Assembly: GCA_014381725.1 (NCBI GenBank)
Contig: JACNLC010000040.1
Span: 21,260-85,259, forward strand
Origin: Fidelibacterota bacterium
GTDB taxonomy: Bacteria; Fidelibacterota; Marinisomatia; SCGC-AAA003-L08; JACNLC01
Reading direction: 5' to 3'
DNA length: 64,000 bases
Within the stretch, counting starts at the first letter, position 1. Each line of letters starts with the position of its first letter. The translations under genes were made by a program, and so were the position numbers. A model generated the notes under the pieces. The model saw only the letters and a list, made by a program, of their open reading frames with translations, did no database searches and was not told the DNA's origin. This document shows, piece after piece, positions 57,392 to 64,000 of this stretch.

Positions 57392-57453
57392 AACAACGAA
57401 CACACCGAAACTATGAACTTGTTTTATTTTCGTCTTTTCGCTAATTCGTCGTT
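57392..57453 (-). repeat. copy B of the conserved about 60-nt structured 3'-flank element
   Basis: Minus strand: AACGACGAAUUAGCGAAAAGACGAAAAUAAAACAAGUUCAUAGUUUCGGUGUGUUCGUUGUU. Begins 3 nt after the cyclase stop codon. Stems AACGACGAA/UUCGUUGUU and CGAAA/UUUCG. Confidence 0.6.
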
Positions 57454-57456
57454 AAC

Positions 57457-59748
57457 TTAATCTATATTCTGTATAATTGTAGAATGAACATTATTGGATA
57501 AGAAGTTCTTGGCATGGTCAGAGTTTGATATTGCTTTTGATCGATTTAACATAATATTTTTAGCAATATCTTGACAAATTTTTGCTTCATCAGAGTTTTC
57601 TATCGAAAAATATATTTTAGCCATCATCCACCATTCCAAAAAAGGATTTTTGTTATTAGGAATTTCCTCTAACCTTTTTCGTAAAGATAATATAGCATCA
57701 TTTTCTATTGTTTCTGTTTTAGATTCGACATACAAAGATGTAAGTTCTGGTAAAATGTTTTCTTCAACAATATTCAGCTTCTTGCTGAGTTTCTTTACTT
57801 TTTCTATTATTTTTCGTGCTTTTCTATACTTTTCTTTTTGGATATACACAATTGATAAAGCTTGCATAGCTTTCATAACAAATACTCGTTGTTCAGCTAT
57901 CTGGAAATAATCAATACTTTCATCATACTCATCAATAGCATCAGAATATTCTTCCTCGTACAGTTGAACTAAACTATTCAACATATGATATTTCCCTAAA
58001 AGGAATGGTTGATTAAATTCTTCCAAAATTGGATGAGCTTCAACTAAGTAGTTTTCTGCATCTTCAAAAAGTCCTAATTCAATATAATTTTCTGCAATAA
58101 TCATTAAAACACGACCTTCAAAATTTCTCATTTTCTGAGAACGAAATTTCCCTAAAGCTTTCTGAGCATGTACAATCGATTGTGAATAATCACCAAAACT
58201 GTGATATACATTACTCATTCCTGCGTCAGTAATGGCTATAGCTTTTTCTTCCTCAAGTTCTTCTTTTATTTTTAAAGATCTTTGGTGATATTCTAATGCT
58301 TTAGTTGGTTCTGTAAGTGTATAGCATGATGCAAGATTATTGAGTGTTTTAGCTTCTGCATATTTGTCATCTAATTTGATTTGCATTTTAAGGGACTTTT
58401 CATAATACCTAATTGCCTTTGGATACTGGCCTAAATCCTTAAAGACAATTCCTAAACAATTGTAAACCGATGCAATCCCTTGTTTATTATCGTGGCCTTC
58501 TGCAATGTCTAATGCGGTTTCTAAACCCTCTTCCGCCTCTTCAAAATGCCCCATACGATGATGAACCATTGCTAATTGTGCGTGAGCATCGCTAAAATCT
58601 GAGTCAAGTTCAATAGCTTTTTTGAACAGATCTTCCATTTCCTTTAAATCATCTTTTGAGCGTTGGATATCGAAAAGATATTTTGCTTTTGAATAACATT
58701 CAAGTGCTTTAGGATTTTCACTTAACTTGGTTTCAAATGATTTACTTAACTGGTTTGAAATCTCAACATCAAACAAATGTGCTGTTTGTTTAACAATCTC
58801 TCCACGAATCTGTTTGATATTAACAATAGTAGTTTTCCATTTTTTACTCCAAATAATATCACCACTATTAGTATCAAGCATTTCGATAGACAAATTTATG
58901 TCATCACCAGATTTAAGTAAGTGACCTGATAAAATTGTATCTACTTGTAAATCTCGAGCAATATCTGGTTTAGATAATTGAGTGTCTTTATAAGAAATTA
59001 TATCAGAAAATTGAGCAGTTCTAATACTATCAATTTTTTGATAATCAGAAATTAGATTTTCAGTTAAATTGTAGCAGAAGAATTCGCTTTCTGCATCTCC
59101 AAGATTTTGAAAATATAATATCCCAATTGATTCTGTTTCTTTAATTTGATACTCGTTTATATCAACAAAATTTATCCCGCGTTCAATCTGAATTTTACGA
59201 AGTTGTTGCTCTGTTTCAGATTTCCAATCCTGCTTATTCAAATATACTTTATAAATTGGTTCTGGGTTAGAGATATTTTTGAGTTTTATATAACCCATTT
59301 CTCTTGTTAATATTTTATCACTTTTTACTCTTTGTAAAACCGCATTGCTGATCGCAATCCCACCGGGAGTAGCTATGGGTTCAATTCTTGCACACAAATT
59401 AACATCGTGACCAAAAAGATCAGTATCTTTTTCAATAGCTTCACCTTCGTGAATTCCAATCCGTATATTTACTTGATCTTCTTTTCTAGAAACTTCGTTT
59501 CTTCTTTTTAGTTGGTTTTGAATTTCTATACCTGCATTTACTGTATCTACACTTGAGGCAAATTCACAGAAATACGCATCTCCAATGGTTTTGATAACAC
59601 GACCGCCGTAGTTTGCTAAAATTGGTTCTATAATGTTGTTATGTTGATCTAATAATTGAAGTGCATGGGTCTCGTTTTTATTAATCATACGGCTATAACC
59701 TACAATATCGGTAAACATAATTGATATATTTCTTTTTTCCGTACTCAT
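57457..59748 (-). CDS. class III adenylate cyclase with TolB-N-like middle domain and C-terminal TPR repeats
   Basis: 763 aa. Metal Asp in IMFTDIVGYS and IKTIGDAYF; adenine-specifying Lys (VIKTIGD); transition-state GHDVNLCARIE. TPR-like helices across about residues 340-620. Confidence 0.88.
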   Translation of the reverse strand: MSTEKRNISIMFTDIVGYSRMINKNETHALQLLDQHNNIIEPILANYGGRVIKTIGDAYFCEFASSVDTVNAGIEIQNQLKRRNEVSRKEDQVNIRIGIHEGEAIEKDTDLFGHDVNLCARIEPIATPGGIAISNAVLQRVKSDKILTREMGYIKLKNISNPEPIYKVYLNKQDWKSETEQQLRKIQIERGINFVDINEYQIKETESIGILYFQNLGDAESEFFCYNLTENLISDYQKIDSIRTAQFSDIISYKDTQLSKPDIARDLQVDTILSGHLLKSGDDINLSIEMLDTNSGDIIWSKKWKTTIVNIKQIRGEIVKQTAHLFDVEISNQLSKSFETKLSENPKALECYSKAKYLFDIQRSKDDLKEMEDLFKKAIELDSDFSDAHAQLAMVHHRMGHFEEAEEGLETALDIAEGHDNKQGIASVYNCLGIVFKDLGQYPKAIRYYEKSLKMQIKLDDKYAEAKTLNNLASCYTLTEPTKALEYHQRSLKIKEELEEEKAIAITDAGMSNVYHSFGDYSQSIVHAQKALGKFRSQKMRNFEGRVLMIIAENYIELGLFEDAENYLVEAHPILEEFNQPFLLGKYHMLNSLVQLYEEEYSDAIDEYDESIDYFQIAEQRVFVMKAMQALSIVYIQKEKYRKARKIIEKVKKLSKKLNIVEENILPELTSLYVESKTETIENDAILSLRKRLEEIPNNKNPFLEWWMMAKIYFSIENSDEAKICQDIAKNIMLNRSKAISNSDHAKNFLSNNVHSTIIQNID

Positions 59749-59845
59749 AATTAATTTGTGTCAGTTGATTAATTTTATGTAATCACAGGTTGGTGAAATT
59801 AGACATAATATCTAAAGTTAGACAAGAATCTTGTTAAGAAAATGT

Positions 59846-59880
59846 AAATAAAAAACCCATCAATTTTAAAGATGGGTTTT
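59846..59880 (-). terminator. rho-independent terminator downstream of the 59903 gene end
   Basis: The minus strand reads AAAACCCAUC-uuuaaaauu-GAUGGGUUUU followed by UUAUUU. Confidence 0.75.
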
Positions 59881-59902
59881 AAAACTAAAAATTAGCAATT
59901 CT

Positions 59903-60346
59903 TTATCTATCATAAATCAAAACTGTAGAGCCGTTAACCTCAAGCATATACCCAAAACCAGGTTCCATTACATCTAAGCCATACCAACCAAAATCACTGT
60001 AATATGTTGCAAAACCATACTGATTTTTTATTAGTGTCCCAAAATCGCCAATACTAATCAATGCATCATTCAAATCACTTGATGTTTGTGGAAGATAACT
60101 AATCCAACTCCAACCTTCTTGAAGATAAATAGGCATTGTTGTAACATTGACAACTGTACCTGTAAAACTCAATAATGTAGAATTTGCAGATTTCAACATA
60201 TACATACTAGTTATATCGAATGAATCAAAACCATACCAACCATAATCATCATAGTAAGTTGCAAAGTTGCTTTGATTTTTAATTAGTATTCCTGCATTTG
60301 CTATTGACGATAGAACATTATTCAAACTCAAATCTTCATCAACCAC
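59903..60346 (-). CDS. C-terminal fragment of the interrupted surface protein (two paralog-shared GWxW...FGWYG modules)
   Basis: The 147-aa track ORF starts at a GTG. The frame is open upstream to 60598 and is the same frame as ORF 60599..61132. No T9SS CTD. Confidence 0.6.
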   Translation of the reverse strand: MVDEDLSLNNVLSSIANAGILIKNQSNFATYYDDYGWYGFDSFDITSMYMLKSANSTLLSFTGTVVNVTTMPIYLQEGWSWISYLPQTSSDLNDALISIGDFGTLIKNQYGFATYYSDFGWYGLDVMEPGFGYMLEVNGSTVLIYDR

Positions 60347-60598
60347 ATTAAGTGAAAACCAACTCCAACCTTCAGAGATGTTGATACTTTGACTTACAAT
60401 TGGTAATCCTTGATTATAGTAATTAGCTCCAATATCACTTATCGTTCCATCAGGGTCAACTATAGGTGGGTCACCAGCATCTATACAAGGTGAAGTTTCG
60501 TTATAAGTAAAATCAAAGTTATTAGCATCTACAAATTGAGCATCTTCAAAGATATTGCCTGTACCTGGTGAAGGTTCAAACTGAACCCATTCACCGCC

Positions 60599-61132
60599 TC
60601 AGCCAAAGCAATCTTTCATATAATCGCCAATTCTGTTATCCCAAGTATTACAGTATGAAATATGATAAACTGCATTACTGTCAATCATTGCAATTCCATA
60701 ATCACTTCCAGACACATTGCAATTTGTTACAGTTACTTCTGTAAAATCTCCAGCTTGAATCCCACGAGAGTTATTGTGAAAATTACAGTTAACAATCTCA
60801 CCCTGCGCAATTCCTGTAAAGTTGATTCCAGTATCAGAACCGTTAATCACAGAACAGTGTTTTATTGTGATTGTGCCTACTGCGTCTCCTTCACCGTATG
60901 CCCAAATTCCTGCACCATCTTTTAAGTCAATTACAGCACCATTACCATCAATATACATAGATTCTTCAAAAGTCCCAATTCCTCCTGTGTAAATACTGTC
61001 TGGATTGAGTACTAGATATTTATCAAATCCATTTGCTGGGCCTGCATTTTGATATGCATCATATAGACTTTCGGTTAATCCAAAAGAAATAACTAAAAAC
61101 ACTATTGCTAAACTTTTATAAAAATTCATCAA
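60599..61132 (-). CDS. N-terminal fragment of the interrupted surface protein (signal peptide + right-handed beta-helix repeats), ends at the in-frame TGA
   Basis: 177 aa. Signal peptide MMNFYKSLAIVFLVISFGL; PbH1-like units (IKHCSVINGSDTGINF, IVNCNFHNNSRGIQA, VTNCNVSGSDYGIAM). TGA at 60599-60601. Confidence 0.65.
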   Translation of the reverse strand: MMNFYKSLAIVFLVISFGLTESLYDAYQNAGPANGFDKYLVLNPDSIYTGGIGTFEESMYIDGNGAVIDLKDGAGIWAYGEGDAVGTITIKHCSVINGSDTGINFTGIAQGEIVNCNFHNNSRGIQAGDFTEVTVTNCNVSGSDYGIAMIDSNAVYHISYCNTWDNRIGDYMKDCFG

Positions 61133-61145
61133 ATTTCCTTGTCAT

Positions 61146-61184
61146 AATAAAAACCTTGCGAAGAATAAACTTCGCAAGGTTTTT
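61146..61184 (-). terminator. rho-independent terminator downstream of the 61206 gene end
   Basis: The minus strand reads AAACCUUGCGAAG-uuuauu-CUUCGCAAGGUUU followed by UUAUUAU. Confidence 0.8.
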
Positions 61185-61205
61185 GTGTTATTTTATAAAA
61201 CCAAC

Positions 61206-64000
61206 TTACTTCATTAAGAGCATCTTTTGTGTTTGAGTAAAACCATCCGCTGTAAGTTTTACAATATAAACTCCAGATGCAAAATCATCTGCATTCCATA
61301 CAACCGAATGATAACCTGCATCCAATTGTCCAGTTACCAAAGTTTCTACTAATTGACCGTTTACATTGTAAATAGCAAGTAACACGGAACTGGTAGCTTG
61401 GAGTTGGTAGCTAATCGTTGTACTCGGATTAAACGGATTTGGATAGTTCTGTGATAAACTATAGTCTTCAGGAAGTGATAATGTTCTTAATAAAACTGGT
61501 TCTATATCGTTTCCTATTATTCCGTTAACTTCAAAGGTTAGATGATCAAGTATATCAAGTTCTGTATCGTTAGCTTCTTGATAAACTCTAAAACTCAGTT
61601 CTTCTCCATCGTTTCCATAAACCATCAAGTTTGCTGTGTATGAGTCTGTTAATGGGAAGTATGTTGATTCTACTACTCCTCTAACTTCGTCATCAACAAA
61701 TACAGCTAATTGGCTTCCTGCTTCTAGCTCTGCTGTTATTGCCATATTGTATTCAAATTGATGTGGATTAACACTCCAATGAAGTTCTTTAGTTTCTTCA
61801 TTATCGTAAATTTTAGCCACATTAGATGGAATACCATAAATCAGTTGAGCATCGGCATTCATTTGTAGCATAAAGCCATCACCAGGAATCATATCATTTA
61901 GGCCATTACCACTATACCATCCAAATTCATCATAGTAATTTGCATAGCTAGTTTGGTTTTTAATAAATGCTCCGTTTGGTTCAATACTTGCTAATGCATC
62001 ATTCAGATTATTAGGTGTTTGAGGTAAATAACCAATCCAATTCCAACCACCTAAAAGATCAATTGGAGTATTTTGGAAGTTAACTGGTGCTCCTATAAAT
62101 GATAAAAGACCGTCTACATTCATCTGAAGCATATACATACTTGTAACGGCAAAATCATCCAGCCCATTACCACTATACCATCCAAAATCATCGTAGTAAT
62201 TTGCATAACCACTTTGGTTTTTAATGAATGTTGCACTGTTTCCAAGTGATGATAATACAGTATTAAGATCCATTTCTGTATTCTCTATATTTATAGAAAA
62301 CCAATTCCATCCAGCAATAAAGTCTAAATTAATGGTTTCAGCACCAGAAGCATTAAATTCAAAAGGAGTTAAATCATTGCCTATAATATCATTCGCCACA
62401 AAATTAATTGTCTCAATTACATTTTCAAATATTACATCTTGAGAATAATCATAAGCTTTAAATGTGATAGTCTCTCCACTGCTTTCGTTGCTGTAAATCA
62501 TTAAATTTACAGTATAACTTCCTGTTAATGGGAAGTAACTTGGAGATGCAACTCCCCTTACTTCATCACCTACAAATGCACCAACCATATCATTTTCGTC
62601 AAATGATTCTTCACCTTCGATAAACAACAATCCAGTCAATGTTAGATTGTATTCAAATCCAGGGACATGTACTTCCCAATCTGGGCAATTAACACAATCT
62701 GATACAACAAGAGTAACTGGAAGTGTTTCATATCCACCATTTGAGTTGATGAGAAGATCCGTAGTATATGTTCCTGGGTTAAGTCCATCTGAGGAAAATG
62801 TAGCTACAATATTGTCTGTTTCTTCAAAATCACATTCACCAATTGGAGGATAGACAGATAACCAATCAGCATTTTCACCCACTTCAAGTTCATAGCTTAA
62901 TGTTGATTCATCTTCACCAATATTGGTAATTTCAAAGTTAACCGTTGAACTTTGGTTTATTGGCATTTCATTGTCCAAAGAACTTACATTCACCGCTAAT
63001 TGTGGTTGTGGACCAGGTTCGCCAACAGTGAGAGAAATCGGTACTATTACATCCACTCCAACACTATTTTCAATAATCATCTCGGCTGTATAGGTTGCTC
63101 CAAATTCTAACTCAGAAGTATTAAAGCTAACTTCAATGTTATCTGTTTCACCACCATTTAGACTGCCAGAACTTTGGCTAATATCCATCCAAGAAATAGG
63201 AGGAGCTACATCAACTTCAAATGTTGTTGAACCTTCTGTACCAGAATCCAAAGTCCAATTCAAAAATACAGTTCCATCATTAGCTGTGATTGTTAAATAA
63301 TCACCATTCCAACCATCACCATAAGAATCTGTAGCATTTACAGTATAAATACCATTATCAAGTGATGCATTTCCATTATATGGAGCACCACCAGAAGCAA
63401 TGAAATTTCCAAATGCATCAATAATTGTCCAACCAGTTTCGTACTGCCAAGTACCGCCATCACAAACAATAGTTACATCAACTGCTCGTGAATTTGGTTC
63501 ATTATTTTGGTTAATCACATCTTGAGTTGTAGATTTAGGGATTACTAATCCGTCAGCAATTTGTTGTTTTTTATAAATATCAGCTTCAACATCAGTTTGA
63601 TAATCATTCTCTGCTGATGCAGTTCTATCAGCTGATTCAATTAAATTGATGCTGTATACAACACTACTACCACCTGTATTAGATAATGCTAAATTTTCTG
63701 TGGTTGTTTCGTTTACATTTAAGTTAACATTAAATGATTGTGGATTAACTACAAAATTCGCCGGTGTTGGAACACCGACTGGTGGGAAAATAATGTAATC
63801 TACCCAAGCACAATCAGAGCCGTTACTTACAGAGCCATCTTTGTAATACTCCCAAGTAAAAGTATGTTCACCATAAGTAACGGGGTAAGATACTTCACCC
63901 CAAGCCACTTCTCCAGCCCATTCATCTTGCAAAGAACCATCAATGTAAAATTTTAAATAGTCATAATTATCTTCTGATGAAACCTTCCTGAAAAAACTTA
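61206..64000 (-). CDS. T9SS-sorted adhesin-like surface protein (N-terminus outside the window)
   Basis: The track start at 63932 is a TTG inside an open frame. My translation upstream (...SFFRKVSSEDNYDYLKFYIDGSLQDEW...) has no stop up to base 64000. Contains Ig-like segments, paralog-shared modules, and C-terminal YSLSQNYPNPFNPSTTISY...SGVYIVKL...QKMLLMK. Confidence 0.85.
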   Translation of the reverse strand, partial: SFFRKVSSEDNYDYLKFYIDGSLQDEWAGEVAWGEVSYPVTYGEHTFTWEYYKDGSVSNGSDCAWVDYIIFPPVGVPTPANFVVNPQSFNVNLNVNETTTENLALSNTGGSSVVYSINLIESADRTASAENDYQTDVEADIYKKQQIADGLVIPKSTTQDVINQNNEPNSRAVDVTIVCDGGTWQYETGWTIIDAFGNFIASGGAPYNGNASLDNGIYTVNATDSYGDGWNGDYLTITANDGTVFLNWTLDSGTEGSTTFEVDVAPPISWMDISQSSGSLNGGETDNIEVSFNTSELEFGATYTAEMIIENSVGVDVIVPISLTVGEPGPQPQLAVNVSSLDNEMPINQSSTVNFEITNIGEDESTLSYELEVGENADWLSVYPPIGECDFEETDNIVATFSSDGLNPGTYTTDLLINSNGGYETLPVTLVVSDCVNCPDWEVHVPGFEYNLTLTGLLFIEGEESFDENDMVGAFVGDEVRGVASPSYFPLTGSYTVNLMIYSNESSGETITFKAYDYSQDVIFENVIETINFVANDIIGNDLTPFEFNASGAETINLDFIAGWNWFSINIENTEMDLNTVLSSLGNSATFIKNQSGYANYYDDFGWYSGNGLDDFAVTSMYMLQMNVDGLLSFIGAPVNFQNTPIDLLGGWNWIGYLPQTPNNLNDALASIEPNGAFIKNQTSYANYYDEFGWYSGNGLNDMIPGDGFMLQMNADAQLIYGIPSNVAKIYDNEETKELHWSVNPHQFEYNMAITAELEAGSQLAVFVDDEVRGVVESTYFPLTDSYTANLMVYGNDGEELSFRVYQEANDTELDILDHLTFEVNGIIGNDIEPVLLRTLSLPEDYSLSQNYPNPFNPSTTISYQLQATSSVLLAIYNVNGQLVETLVTGQLDAGYHSVVWNADDFASGVYIVKLTADGFTQTQKMLLMK

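Noticed and set aside
63930-63932. Track start codon (TTG) of the 908-aa ORF
   Set aside because: The reading frame stays open upstream to the window edge (…NYDYLKFYIDGSLQDEW…). The gene is therefore truncated by the window and its true start is outside.

Overview
AT-rich bacterial chromosomal segment using the standard code: TGA is a genuine stop at the expected C-termini of mutS2 and aroA. Most of it is tightly packed core metabolism and housekeeping. This includes recJ, RNase P RNA, mutS2, dnaG, an aroA-E-C-K-B shikimate operon, three tRNAs, surE, arfB, a complete rnfCDGEAB-rseC cluster, a cysteine desulfurase-mnmA pair, rsfS and argS. Two blocks look accessory. (1) 17.3-32.8 kb is a single-strand, about 15.5 kb type IVa pilus supercluster: pilA-pilT-two minor pilins-PilX_N protein-pilMNOPQ-giant Ig-repeat lipoprotein-pilBCD. 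It contains two large uncharacterised proteins and a near-identical 744-nt internal tandem duplication. (2) 52.4-64.0 kb is an island of three paralogous beta-helix/adhesin-like surface proteins. Two carry a T9SS Por_Secre_tail C-terminal sorting domain, which suggests an FCB-superphylum-like host. They flank a class III adenylate cyclase-TPR protein. The middle paralog is interrupted by one in-frame TGA in a C-x-x-TGA context, followed directly by a stable hairpin. I saw no transposase, integrase, CRISPR array, toxin-antitoxin pair or recognisable defence system. The novel-system candidates below are hypotheses from reading the sequence. None has been checked against a database.
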